A stretch of DNA of 64,000 nt. Origin: Antedon mediterranea (lineage: Eukaryota; Animalia; Echinodermata). This document shows positions 1-13,536 of the stretch, piece after piece. The notes beneath the pieces were generated by a model. That model worked only from the letters and a program-made list of their open reading frames with translations, did no database searches and was not told the DNA's origin. The position numbers were made by a program, and so were the translations under genes. The stretch lies in the NCBI RefSeq assembly GCF_964355755.1, contig NC_092678.1, positions 13,948,352-14,012,351 on the forward strand, read 5' to 3'. The first letter of the stretch is position 1. Each line of letters opens with the position of its first letter.

Positions 1-920
1 GAGCCCGTGGTTGAAATTACCTGGAAGAAAATGTACAACAGAACTATTAGAAAGAATTAATCGCAAAAGGGTTAGGCCTAAGCCAGATATACCATGGAGT
101 TCAAATATCCCCCGCCATTCCTCTTGATGGATTGAGGCGGCAGGCCTCAAAGCGATTTTAAAATTGAATGGAAGCGCATCGAAAATCAATAAAAGATCTT
201 TCTCGGAAGATTCATTGTGGAGGAAAATCTGACTTGCTGCATGCGTTTGCATGGTAGGTAGAAATCAACAGTGCCGATAAAAATAAAATAATTAACAAAT
301 TCTTATCAGATAGATCTACGTAAATGTGTGAAGTAGGACTAAAGAGGTCTTATTTACAGTATATCAGTAGGCCTAATATATATTCGTATAAAATATCCTA
401 ATTTCCACAACTCAGGATTATGTCCATAATGATATCAATAGTAAGATTCTGTTATAGGCCTATGCGTGATTTTTTTTTATTAAGCCACTAATTTTTCATT
501 ATCATACATTAAATTCAATTATACCATACACAATTCAGTGATTATTTTACAGTTATTTTCTCATTTTCCCAATTGTCTTTTCTCTTACAGGTAATAACGT
601 GGTACGTGCTTCATGATTGATGGTAAAATTAATTTATACCTGTAACAATAGAGTATGGCAAGGCGTTTCGGACCGGATGGAGTACTCCTTTAAAGTTGTC
701 ATCGGAGAAGATTAGGTGGAAGAAATGCTTTCCATGGACTGCACCAGAAGTAATTTCTGGTGTCAATTTCTGGTGTCGAAGCACCATCAGAGCACAGCGA
801 TATTTACGCGTTTGGATACATGTGCAGCCGCATATTTACCAAAACGAACAACATAAGAATACGGGAAACTGCATGCGGCGGCCGTCACCTGCAGAGCTAG
901 CTTGGCCACCACCTTTTATG
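1..920 (+). pseudogene. Degenerate Ser/Thr protein kinase fragment (C-lobe), probably two exons
   Basis: After a splice acceptor (tctcttacag, ending 590), kinase-like motifs appear in the expected order: IEYGKA (subdomain VII-like), FPWTAPEVISG (VIII), SDIYAFGYM (IX) and CMRRPS (XI-like). They are broken by stops and a 13-bp tandem duplication (752-777). The upstream exon (1-253) is only tentatively assigned. Confidence 0.55.
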
Positions 921-1299
921 TAATAACGTTAGATCATGAATAATTAAAAGTCATACGTTTTTCAGAATGGATTTTTAAAAAAGGGGAGCAATAAATTGTA
1001 GCTTTGTTTTCTTTTATTTATTATTAGTTTATGTATACATATTTTTTTATTTTTCGTATTCGTATTTAATGTTATATTTCGGGGTGGGTGAAACTTACTG
1101 ACTGACTTATTATGACTCTCTCCCCACATGATTACTTCATTGCATTTATTATCCTGTATGTATGTTATTATATTGTGGAAATAAAATAAATAAAATAAAA
1201 TTGAAATTGAAATTATATTTATTTGCAATTATCACATATTTTGTTCTATTTTACATTGTATAAAATTGTTATAAAACGATGACAACATACAATGACAGG

Positions 1300-3093
1300 A
1301 AAAACAGTAGCAGGATACAAAAACAGTTTCTGGGTACAAAACATTTGTAAAAAAAATTGTTTTGTACAAAAACATTGACTGGGTACAAAAACGGTGGTAG
1401 GGTATAAAAACAGTGGCAGGGTACAAAAACAGTGGCAGAGTACACAAACAGTGACAGGGTACAAAAACGGTAGCAGGGTGGTACAAAAACAGTGGCAGGG
1501 TACAAACACGGTGGCAGGGTACAAAGTCGATGGCAGCTGGGTACAAAATCAGTAGCAGGGTACAAAAACAGTAGCAGGGTACAAAAACAGTGGCAGGGTA
1601 CAAAAACGGTGACAGGGTACAAAATAGATGGCAGCTGGGTACAAAAACAGTAGAAGGGTACAAAAACAGTGGCAGGGTACAAAAACGGTGGCAGGGTACA
1701 ACAACGATGGCAGATGGGTACAAAAACAGTGGCAAGGTACAAAAAGGGTGGCAGGGTACAAAAACGATGGCAGATGGGTACAAAATCAGTGGCAGGGTAC
1801 AAAAATAGTGGCAGGGTACAAAAACGGTGGCAGGGTACAAAAACGATGGCAGTTGGGTACAAAAAAATGAGCAGGGCACAAAAACAGTGGAGGGTACAAA
1901 AACGGTGGCAGGGTACAAAAACGATAGCAGCTGGGTACAAAAACAGTGGCAGGGTACAAAAACAGTGGCAGGATACAAAAACAGTGGCAGAGTACAAAAA
2001 CAGTGGCAGGATACAAAAACGGTGGCAGGGTACAAAAACGATGACAGCTGGGTACAAAAACAGTGGCAGGGTACAAAAACGGTGGCAGGGTACAAAAACG
2101 GTAGCAGGGTACAAAAACAGTGTCACTGATTTTATACAATAGTTCGCGGGAAATCTGATTGCTGACCTTATACAGGAATAAATACTTAGTGGTTGTGATA
2201 TTCCATTTATTAAATTTAATGGGAAAGTATATCTTTCACAAAATGATGTATGTATGTCAGGCAGTGTTTTAAAGGCTGGAAGCCCCTGGTGGAAGGGTAC
2301 AAAAACGATGGCAGCTGGGTACAAAAACAGTGGCAGGGTACAAAAACGGTGGCAGGGTATATACAAAAACGATGGCAGGGTACAAAAACGATGGCAGCTG
2401 GGTACAAAAACAGTCGCAGGGTACATAAACAGTGGCAAGGTACACAAACAGTGGCAGGGTACAAAAACGATGGCAGATGGGTACAAAAACAGTGGCAGGG
2501 TACAAAAACGGTGGCAGGGTACAAAATCGATGGCAGCTGGGTACAAAAACAGTTGCAGGGTACAAAAACAGAGACAGGGTATGACAAGCAGTGGTCTAGG
2601 GTACAAACACTTTTGTTGTATACAAAGTGTCTGGGAAAAAAGACGATGACAGCTAGTGGTACAAAAACGGTGGCAGGGAAACAAAAACGGTGGCAGGGTA
2701 CAAAAACGGTTGCAGGCTATAAAAACAGTCGCAGGGTACAAAACAGTGGCAGGGTACAAAAACAGTAGCAGGGTACAAAAACAGTCGCAGGGAACAAAAA
2801 CGGTGTCAGGGTACAAAAACAGAGACAGGGTACAAAAACTGGGGCATGGTACAAAAACAGTAGCAGGGTACAAAAACGGTGGCAGGGTACAAGAACAGTG
2901 GCAGGGAACAAAACAGTGTCAGGTACAAAAACAGAGACGGTACGACCAAGCAGTGGTCTAGGATACAAAAACTTGTGTTGTATACAAAGTTTCTGGAAAA
3001 AAAAGAAGATTGCAGGGATACAAAAACGGTGGCAGGGATACAAAACAGTGGCAGAGTACACAAAATTGTGTTGTACTAAAACAGTGGCAGGGT
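1300..3093. repeat. 19-bp minisatellite (GGCAGGGTACAAAAACAGT) with 22-bp variant units
   Basis: Dozens of tandem copies are directly visible. The array is interrupted by a unique block at about 2122-2293 and by a duplicated longer unit at about 2581-2640 and 2941-3000. Confidence 0.95.
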
Positions 3094-5276
3094 AAAAAAC
3101 ATACACACTTATTTGTAGCATTTTACGAAAAAAGTATCGGTCCGGAGTATTCATCAACAGAGCTAAACAAATGAAGGAAAGGGTCAGAACATGTGACTCT
3201 GGCAGATAACAGCTAGATAACATTACTTTTCAAGAGTAATAAGAAAAAAGGAAACATATTACAGTATATTCAATTTGTTAACCTAAATATATCTTTCATT
3301 TTTAATTTAAGATAATTATTTACATGATGATAACACTTTTTAATGTGTATTAATTTAAATTGGTTATTTAAATTAATAACATATTCATTCATATTCATAA
3401 TTGTCAATCATTTTTTTCCATTAAAACTTAAAAATTGGCTATTTGTAGTTTATTGTATTAATCTTTATGGTTTATTTTACATCATTTATATCTCAATGTA
3501 TATTGCATTATTTTTATTATCTTTGATTAAATATTAATATTATGTACTGTAGTAGTCCTATACACATTTTTAAAAATGCTCAACAAAGTCTCAAACCACA
3601 TAAAATCTAAAAGTTGAAACTGAATATTTAATGGCCCTTGAGAATTCTAGGTAGCCTGCGCAAAGGTCATCAAGGCCAAATTTAAGAGGATGACTCAAGC
3701 TCTTCCATGCGAATCATCTCAGGTTAGACCAACCTCCAGTGGGCAGGACTTGTAGTTAGAACTTGTGGCTCAAATGACACTCCAGGGCAATAAAATCACA
3801 ATAACTTACAAAGCACTGACAGTAATTGCTTGTCAAAACCAAATTGCCTAACCGTAACGCTAACGTAGCCTGGTCCGCGTAATGTAATTAACGCTTAAAC
3901 ATTGCAATATTTTAACTAAATTTCAAGATACCTTTGTAATCCGTCATTTTATGTTTTCTGTGCAATTTGTTAACCTTTTAGTAGTCTTAGGGCGCTTTAA
4001 GTGCAATTATCAGTGTAATTTTTATGTCTGAGGACCCCAATGGAAATAAGTTTTCTTTTAAACTTTCTTATTCCTCGGTTCATTCTATTAATATTGTTAT
4101 CTTGTTCTTTTTTCTATGTTATGTTTGTCTTTGTATTTTTGAGTGAACCAAATAAAACTGAACTGAACTGAAAATGTCACTTCATTTTCCCTATACCTAC
4201 AATGGTTAATAGTAAATACCATATTTATTCAAATAAACACGGGAGCTTTTATTCAAGGGAGGCGTTTATTCAGGGGAAGGCGTTGATTTTATTTAGAGTA
4301 AAATGGTGAAATATATACACAAATAAATGCCCCTATCAGAATGAAAACTAGCTAGGCTACCTATAGGCCTAGTTTACCATTTCAAAATTTTAATTAAAAT
4401 TACCGGTTTGTTCGGAATTTCTTCTCTGTGCCTAATAAGTTATATTATAGTTCATAGTTCATTTTATTTGTCCATACCGTGTGATCATATAATATATAGA
4501 TAGGCGCCCTATATCTTATCATATTGCCTGGTTAAGCCTTAGAAGTATAATAATATATATAGTTTATCAGGCTAGTTAGTTAGGCACAGTTAGGCATCAC
4601 TAGTATCAGACGTCTAGTCTAGGTCTAGGGCTATCTAGGATAGCATAGTACTTGGTACTTGGTTTGTCCTCCTGAATCTTCCACGAGCGAGGGAAATTAA
4701 CTAGATAGGAGGTCTCAGTGAAGTAGGCGCGCCTACCACAATATACTTTCCTAGATTATATGGCCTATACAAATATTAGGCATAACATCAATTCATAAAC
4801 ATTCTATTTACGTATGCAAAATATTAGATACCTAATAATGTTATGTCTATTTTTTATTTGGACTTATTTCAACAAACTTGTGTTTTGTATGTAACATTAG
4901 CGTTGACGGATGGGTACAAGAGGAACACTTTTTAAATATATTCTTTATCCACTCACTTACGATTTTTTTCCATGTTTTATAGGCCTATATATAATATAAC
5001 AATAATACAGTACAACATTTGCGATTTAATACTTTGTTTTTTTTTTTATCTTTTCTCATTTCGTATAATATATAATACATTTCCGTTTCCTCAGTAGTTT
5101 TACTTTTTTTTCTATTAACACATGTTAGTTTCACCATCCTACTTAACATCTAATATTCAATTAACAATGTTTGTTTTTTCTTCTGATTAGAACAATCAGT
5201 TGTATTCATTTCGTAACCTATTCTTATATAATAATATAAGTAGTTCTTTGATAGTAAACCAATAAAACTTACGTTG

Positions 5277-5320
5277 GCAAGACAGTTTCGTCTAGCTGTC
5301 AGCTTGACTTCTTCAGTTGC
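5277..5320 (-). ncRNA. Minimal type I hammerhead ribozyme (Penelope pLTR copy 1)
   Basis: The reverse complement reads GCAA-CUGAAGA-A-GUC..GAC-GAAA-CUGUC-UUGC: conserved core, helix I GCAA/UUGC, helix II and a GUC cleavage triplet. Confidence 0.8.
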
Positions 5321-5922
5321 TATGATGCGTTATGGCGCCGATTGGTCTTCTTTCCAGCCACTAGATGATTTTGTTGTGTAGCCTAGGGGACCAGTCGTCG
5401 TCAGAAGCTGATCGTAAATGTGAGATAGTTGGTGCGCGCCTTCGTCTCTATTCATCTTTGTATTTTTATTTTGCTTTCTTATGCTGATGCTTTCTTTAAT
5501 TTTACGTTTAAGCCAAACTTGTTCTTTGTGTAGTACTTCTATCTTATCCCAGTTAGGTATGTGGTTGTGTGTGGTCATATGGTCCGTGATTGCTGATTTA
5601 TGTAAAATGGAGGACGAAACTTTCCGTGATGCACGCGTCTGCATGTTCTGTGTGTTTTCCTCAACATCTTTCTTGTGCTCTTTAATTCTGGTTTTGAGTG
5701 CCCTACCCGTTTCCCCAATGTACACCATCTCACAGTTGGTGCACCCCACTTTGTAGACGACACCACAGGAATCCTCTTTGCATGCTTTATCTTTCGGTCG
5801 GACGATTAAGTTTTTAATCTCACATTTACGATCAGCTTCTGACGACGACTGGTCCCCTAGGCTACACAACAAAATCATCTAGTGGCTGGAAAGGAGACCA
5901 ATCGGCGCCATAACGCATCATA

Positions 5923-5966
5923 GCAACTGAAGAAGTCAAGCTGACAGCTAGACGAAACTGTCTTGC
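5923..5966 (+). ncRNA. Minimal type I hammerhead ribozyme (Penelope pLTR copy 2)
   Basis: gcaa ctgaaga a gtc-a-agct-gac-agct-a-gac gaaa ctgtc ttgc; identical to copy 1 but on the opposite strand. Confidence 0.8.
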
Positions 5967-6197
5967 CAACGTAAGTTTTATTGGTTTACTATCAAAGAAC
6001 TACTTATATTATTATACGAATCGAAACCAGAAGAAATGTTTTCATTATTCTTATATAATTTCTACTAGTACTGATTTCTTTTTTGTATACATATAATCTA
6101 TTCTAACCCTTTCCCATTCTCTTAGCATTTTTTTTCCATTTTTTTTTAGATATTTACAATCGTAGTATCGTTGCGTTTGTTTCGACCAAACATACAT

Positions 6198-6797
6198 TTA
6201 ACTAGAGGGTACTCCGAGAGTACAAACCTCCGCCTACAGTGAAATTCCCCTACATAAAATTCCCCCCGAAAATGTTTTTTTTTTACATTTTTTTTTTATT
6301 AGTTCTAAAGTGTAAATATGCTAACTGCACACTACAAAGTTGTGGATGAGAGTTTGGTGTAATGGTTATGTTTCCAGCCTCTCACATTTAAGGTCCCTGG
6401 TTCAAGTCCCGCTGAGAGTTTTTTTTATTTTTTTATTTATTTTTTTTTTGTGAACCTTGATCTTTAACACTGACCCTTCAAAATGTAACCAAATTTATAT
6501 GATGAGTCATTGATCATTGTGGCTAAGTTTGGTGAGAATCGGATCAAAACTGTGGTCTCTAGGCAGTAATATAGTTTTTTGTTAGTTGTGACCTTGACCT
6601 ACGACATTTCTCCCTCAAATTCGAACTTGTCCGAGCTTTTTGGGCATAGATCATTGTGTCCAAATTTGGTTAGAATCGGATAAAAACTGTGGCCTCCAGG
6701 CTGTTCACAGACAAACACACAAACGCACCCACCCCCCCCCCCCCCACACACACCCAAACATACAGGGGTGAAAACATAACCTCCTTGGCGGGAGTAA
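6198..6797 (+). mobile_element. Non-autonomous Helentron-type element (HINE/DINE-1-like)
   Basis: 5' AACTAGAGGGTACTC..GAGTAC hairpin followed by ACCTCCGCC; internal GACCTTGACCT and TTTGGT..GAATCGGAT motifs; CA/C microsatellite; 3' AAAACATAACCTCCTTGGCGGGAGTAA, an imperfect inverted match to the 5' subterminal motif. Confidence 0.65.
6349..6420 (+). other. tRNA-derived segment (SINE head or pseudo-tRNA) inside the HINE
   Basis: A box TGGTGTAATGG and B box GGTTCAAGTCC at tRNA spacing, followed by T runs; the cloverleaf stems are imperfect. Confidence 0.55.
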
Positions 6798-9700
6798 TTA
6801 ACAATGCATATTCTCTCTTTTAACTGTAAATTACTATACTTACTAGCTATTTAAACTAACAAAATATTAACATTGCTTTTTATTTTGAATAATAAAATAT
6901 TTTCATTTAACATTGCTTTTTATTTTAAATAAATCCACTTTTCAACAGTGTTTCTTTTGCCTTATTGTTACAAAAAATTTACTTAAAGCATAGCGAATGT
7001 TGCATGAAATAGTTAGTGAGTCCAAGATATATGATAAAAACTACATAAAATGTCGTATATTATGTTCCCAATCTTAGTACAAATATTGCACATTCCTTGT
7101 GATTAGTTCATTATGAAAGACAATAATAAGATTGTTTTTATAGTTACTGTGTTTAAATTTACATATTGAGATTTAATACTTTGTTAAAACAGCGACATTT
7201 TCGAACAATGACCAAATAATCGATTGAAATAATAAGGTAAATGTAACGATACACCTCTACGGCATTGATCTTTTTTGGGAATTATTCATTAATATACAAA
7301 CGTGAGTAGCAACTATCAGTAACAAAGTTAATTTGTATATTGTGCGTTTATCTAACAGTGGTGCCTACCCACACTCACAATAAGAAATTTGCGATTCAAA
7401 TGGCGACCAAAATTGTTTATACTATAACTAAATGTTTTAGGTTTATTCTCCAAGGTCTAAAAAATGTACCTACAGGTACCTGTGTTAAACCAAATAATAA
7501 TATTGGAATGTTCCATTCATCGCAAATTAATACAATTGTATAAATATATATTAAATCTGTCAAAATAGTATTTTTTTTGGAAAATCGGGATGTCTTCAAA
7601 ATTATAATGCTGTACCCGAGCTGTTCAATCGAATTTTAGTTATCAAAAACAATTATCGTAGAAGGAGATAGGTAAATGCAAAGCATCTTCGTAGTATTAT
7701 GTGCTGGGTTCTTTCAAGATGGACATCCATTAGACACTAATAGACAGTGTATACTACGATCGGAAAAACACCCCTATTTGAGGCAAATCGTTGAACCTAA
7801 ATTCATTTTAATTGTCAATAACTAATTATCTAACTCAATTTAGTTAGTAAACATGGTTACATTAGGAGGTTAAAATCAGTATCGAAAGTACGAACCAACT
7901 TGATATATCATCCAGTAAACATTCTAGAAGTAACGCGCGATTTACCGAATATTGCCCTTACGAAAATGTATATATAGACACATGACCAAACAATCCTTGC
8001 CTTGCCTTGCCTAATACTAACAGGCTAGACCTACTAGCTAGGCTGAGAGGTAGCAAATACCAAATACGAAACTTCGACATCCAACTGGAATTCATTTAGG
8101 CGAACGATTCTACAAAATAGGTGGCTCTGTTGTATTTCAAAGCAATAATATAAAAAATAATATTTTCCAAACGCGAAAAGATTGTTGTTTTTTTTGCACA
8201 CGAAAAAAAATACTAATAAACGATCGTTTAATAGTGCGTACTATTGCACGCAATGTGACCCACAATCGTCCAATCAAATGACAGGAATTTATTTAGGCTA
8301 TATAATATACAAATAAAGAATGTTTATGAGTGGAAGGTTAAATATCAACTCGGCGTTGTCTCGTTGATATTATAACCTTTCATCATTCACCTCATGTTAT
8401 TATTTGTAACATTACACGAACATAAAACATTAAATATTTATCTAAATAGATTCCTGTCATTTGAATCAAATAAAAGGTATTCCTAGCCAAGGCCTACATT
8501 ATTCATTATTGATTAAAACAGTAAGATTTGTTTTTTAATAATATTATATTAAATGTTATATTTATATGGATTTTATAAACACACCTACTTAAGTGTTAAT
8601 TATGTCAACAAACGACCAAACAATCCTAGGCCCAGCAAGGCTAAAACGCCTAGGCTAGGCCTAGCCTAATGCTAACAAGCTTAGAAGAACGTTTTGCTAG
8701 AAAAACTGCAGCCATCAAATTAAACTGCCAGACTCATACAGAGTACATGGTGTTGAACCTAAAATCGGTAAAAAGCCATAAGATTGCCGTTCTGCAATGT
8801 AATCTTTGTAACAAGCACGCACAATTTTGCATTTTAACTGAATAACAAGAACATTTAAATGACGTTTGTTTTCGTAGCTCATATACCCTAACATATTTAA
8901 CAGGTTAATTTAAAACAAAAAATCAAACAAACTAAGTCGAAATCAATTTTTTTAAACTAGAAAACCGATTGATTGATTTACTGATAATATACGAATAATT
9001 ACGACGGGTGCTTTGACATCGTTTTATTTGAATGTAATATGGTGTTATTCTATTTTAGGGTAATATACGAACCATGCCATTTTGTGAATGTGATTGACTG
9101 TCAGTAGAGCATATACAGTAACATTGTATTGAAATGTTCAAAAATATTCACAGGAGGATAGAACTTGATTTTATTTTAAATTGTGACAATTATATTTTGA
9201 AGATGTATTAGGCCTACAATTATAGATAATGATTTTACTTGTAAAAAAAAAGTTGGTTTCCTCCACAAAGAAAGAGATTCTACATTATTAGATACATTTA
9301 TTCTCAAAGAGATAAAGTTTAATGTTCCTCTTTCCATGGTTTTTACCTATATTAAATTATAAAATCTGTATCTACTTTTACAAGTTGTACTTAACCTTTC
9401 AATGATGTCAAATAAATGTTTATTAATATAATGATGTGGAAAACAGTTTCGGTTTTCGTATTAGGCTGGTAGACAGATTTGTCTTAGTTTATAATTGGTT
9501 TGTATTTTTGAAATTGTATTAGGCCTACATTTATAGATAATGATTTTACTTGTAAAATAAAAGTTGGTTTCCTCCACAAAGAAAGAGATCCTACATTATT
9601 AGATACATTTATTCTCAAAGAGATAAAGTTAAATGTTCCTCTTTCCATTATTAAATTATGAAATCTGTATCTACTTTTACAAGTTGTACTTAACCTTTCA

Positions 9701-11938
9701 ATGATGTCAAATAAATGTTTATTAACATATGATGTTGAAAACTGTTTAGGTTTTCGTATTAGGCTGGTAGGCAGATTTGTCTTAGTTTATAATTGGTTTG
9801 TATTTTTGAAATCATAATATTAGTAGATCGAGGGAGCTCAGAATATGTTTATACATTTGATAATATTAGTAGATTGAAGGAGCCCAGAAGATGTTTAAAT
9901 ATTTGATAATATTAGTAGATCGAAGGAGCTCAGAATATGTTTAAACATTTGATAATATTAGTAGATCGAAGGAACCCAGAAGATGTGGAAGGTTAAATAT
10001 CAACTCAGAGTTGCCTCGTTGATATATAACCTTTCATCATTCACCTCATCCCATTATTTGTAACATTACACAAATATAAAACATTTAATATTTATCTAAA
10101 TAGATTCCTGTCATTTGAATCAAATAAAAGGTATTCCTAGCCAAGGCCTACATTATTCATTATTGATTAAAACAGTAAGATTTGTTTTCTAATAACATTA
10201 TATTAAATGTTATATTTATATGGATTTTTTAAACACACCTACTTTAGTATTAATTATGTCAACAAATGACCAAACAATCCTAGGCCCAGCAAGGCTAAAA
10301 CGCCTAGGCTAGGCCTAGCCTAATACTAACAGGCCTAGGAGAACGTTTTGCTAGAAAAACTGCAGCCATCAATTTAAATTGCCAGACTCATATAGAGTAC
10401 ATGGTGTTGAATCTACAATCGGTAAAAAGCCATAAGATTGCCGTTCTGCAATGCTGTCTTTGTAACACGCACGCACAATTTTGAATTTTAACTAAATAAC
10501 AAGAAAATTTAAATTACGTTTGTTTTCGTAGCTCATATACCCTAACATATTTAACAGGTTAATTTAAAACAAAAAATCAAACAAACTAAGTCGAAATCAA
10601 TTTTTTTAAACTAGAAAACCGATTGATTGATTTACTGATAATATACAAATAGGGCTAATTACGACGGGTGGTTTTACATCGTTTTATTTGAATGTTATAT
10701 GATGTTATTCTAATTTAGGGTAATATACGAACCATGCCATTTTGTGAATGTGATTGACTGTCAGTAGAGCATATACAGAAACATTGTATTGAAATGTTCA
10801 AAAATATTCACAGGATGATAGAACTTGATTTTATATTAAATGTTGTACAGTTATTTTTTGAAGATGTATTAGGCCTCCAATTATAGATAATGATTTTACT
10901 TGTAAAATAAAAGTCGGTTTCCTCCACAAAGAAAGAGATCCTAAAGTATTAGATACATTTATTCTCAAAGAGATAAAGTTTAATGTTCCTCTTTCCATTA
11001 TTAAATTATGAAATCTGTATCTACTTTTACAAGTTGTACTTAACCTTTCAATGATGTCAAATAAATGTTTATTAATATAATGATGTGGAAAACTGTTTCG
11101 GTTTTCGTATTAGGCTGGTAGACAGATTTGTCTTAATTTATAATTGGTTTGTATTTTTGAAATCATAATATTGGTAGATCGAAAGAGCCCAGAAAATGTT
11201 TAAACATTTGATAATATTAGTAAATCTAAGGAGCCCAGAAAATGTTTAAACATTGGTTGGCGCAGGGACACCCAAAATTCAGAGTATACATTTTATTCAT
11301 GTGAAATGTCGTATCGTATCGTTTCCTTCCTATACAAAAAGATCAAAATGGAATGACAGCAGGAAAAGAAACTCTTAAAGTCAGCTGCAGTTCTTTACTT
11401 TAACCATGTAAAGCTGAAATAAAAATGTTCCTAATGAGTTTGAAGAATGAAGATAAGAAGTTTGTAATGTTATTCTTTATTCTTGTTAGGCAGATTTTCA
11501 GAGTTTGTGATTGGTTGGTTGTAAATTGCAAATGACGGCAATTTTCTTATTAATAGTAGCACGAAGTAAAACAGCTCCAAAACTCTGTCATTAACATGTG
11601 AAGACAAACATAGATTCTAGACCTAAATTTAAAACAAACGAGAAAAAATTCAATCAAAATGATATACTAATAACATTCTGTTAAACATAATATACTTTTG
11701 TCATATTCATTTCAAAGAAAATGCAGACTGTAATATTTTGTTATAAGCATTCTGAGACACAATTTAAACACATATAAAAAGCTACAACGATAGCACTGAT
11801 TATTATTATTATTATTATTATTATTAGTGTTATTATTAGTGTTATTGTTATTGTTATTATTATTATTATTATTTTTGTTAATAACATTATTACTATGCTA
11901 CGTCCGCAATTGTAAAAGTATAGATTTATTGTATCTTA

Positions 11939-13074
11939 TCTAGATATATAAATTTACGTAAGGACAAAATTCGGTAAATCGCGCCTTACTTCTAGAATTT
12001 TTACTCGATGGTATATAAAGTTGGTTCGTACTTTCGGTACTGATTTTAATCACCTGATGTAACCCTGTTTACTAATTAAAATAAGTTAGATAATTAGTTA
12101 TTGACGATTAAAACGAATTTAGGTTCAACGATTTGCCCCAAATAGGGGTGTTTTCCGATCGTGGTATACACTGTCTAATGGATGTTCATCTTGAAAAATA
12201 CCCGCCACAAAAATGCGAGGAGGCTTCGCATTTTCCTATCTCCTCCTACGATAATTGTTTTTAATAGCTGAAAACCGATTGAACAGCTAGAGTACAGCAT
12301 CATAATGTTGAAGTCAGGCCAATTTTCTTTAAAAAATACTATTTTGATAGATTTAATATACGATTATACAAATGTATTGATTTGCGATGAATGGAACATC
12401 CCAATCTCTCAGTCTGCCAGAGTTTGGTTTAACACAAGTAGGTAAATTTATGAGCCCTTGGTTTAACACATACGGTAGGTAAATATATGGGCCCTTTGAG
12501 AATAAACTTGCAATACTTTGACAATACTGTAAATACTATTTTTTGTCCTCATTTGAATCGAGCATTTCTTACTGTGAATGTTCGTACTGTTAGATGTAAT
12601 ATAAAAATATACAAATAAACTTTATTACTGAGATTGTGTATAGGCTCTACTGTTAGATATACAAATAAACTTTATACTGACAAATGTTTTACTGTATTTA
12701 GAGGTATATTATTTATAGGCCTATAAAACATGAAAAAAATATTTTGTTACTGAGTGGATAAAGAATATATTTAAAAATTGTTCCTCTTTGTACATATCCG
12801 CTTTCCCATCCCTCAACCCTAATATTACATACAAAACACAAATTCATAAATTTGGACTCATTTTGTGGTAAGTTTCTCCTTCGGAAGTAATTCCCAGGGT
12901 GCTAATTTTAGTTGACTACATAAATCATCGTGTCCATTTATTCGTTTCTGTAAACGACAATGTATTATAGTCCTGCGGTACGTACATTTGAAATCGCCAA
13001 TTTTGTTACGCTGAAATTACTGTGTATTCGAGAACCATCTGTGGGCACGACCTAGATGGTACGTGAGCGAAGCG
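11939..13074 (+). mobile_element. Non-autonomous Helitron, 3' terminus eroded
   Basis: Starts A|TC (tctagatatataaatttacgtaagg) and is the reverse complement of the 16714 and 51773 copies. The paralogous empty site gtatctta|tacaat is at about 18022-18035. Confidence 0.85.
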
Positions 13075-13239
13075 TACAATATAATTAGGCCTACTGTCCT
13101 TAATTTACATTTTTGAAGAAAAGATGAATCATTTTGTAATAATTTCCTGAAAAAGGATTTGAATTATTATAGCAGGCGGGATACGATTTTTGTTTTTGTA
13201 AATAAGTTATGGAATCCTTATGTGAAGGAGGAATATATA

Positions 13240-13484
13240 ACCATAATGATGTGTTGTTTTGTAAACTATAGTAATCAATAATATAATAATGTCTACAGTC
13301 TACATCCAATAAATCCCAAAACATAATCCACATGTATTTTAAGAGGCACTATATGTCAACAAATAATTATTAGTACTCTCTCCATGACGGTTGTCACATA
13401 ATGCTTTGTATTATTTTTTATTGTATTTATATGTTTCATATGGACAGTTTGTCTGAAATAAAGTTGAATTGATTGATTGATTGA
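13240..13484 (+). mobile_element. Short 3' fragment of a LINE with (GATT)n tail
   Basis: Absent from the paralogous site at about 18190-18200; ends with AATAAA followed by gattgattgattga. Confidence 0.55.
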
Positions 13485-13536
13485 TAACATAACCTAACCC
13501 TCTAAATAATCTCTCTCACTATAAACTACAAATAAA

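Larger units (their letters stand above)
5228..6045 (-). mobile_element. 5'-truncated Penelope-like retroelement (GIY-YIG endonuclease fragment) with inverted pseudo-LTR
   Basis: ORF 5330-5816 contains GVVYKVGCTNCEMVYIGETGRALKTRIKEH (GIY-YIG) and the SAITDH and RKIKESISI motifs typical of Penelope elements. A ~200-bp near-perfect inverted repeat spans 5228-5426 versus 5817-6016. The direct repeat tattcttatataat flanks it at 5219-5232 and 6046-6059. Confidence 0.9.
4850..7978 (-). mobile_element. Old, interrupted copy of the local non-autonomous Helitron family
   Basis: 4850-5040 and about 7200-7978 match successive parts of the copy at 51773-53164, ending in ...gcccttacgaaaatgtatatataga. It hosts nested Penelope and HINE insertions. 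Confidence 0.7.

Noticed and set aside
1232-3223. Many overlapping ORFs up to 534 aa (YPATVFVPCH / AGYKNSGRVQK repeats)
   Set aside because: They are translations of a stop-free 19-bp minisatellite in all frames, with no unique coding content.
5817-5878. N-terminal ~20 aa of the 182-aa GIY-YIG ORF
   Set aside because: It derives from the inverted pLTR copy, not from the original Penelope ORF.
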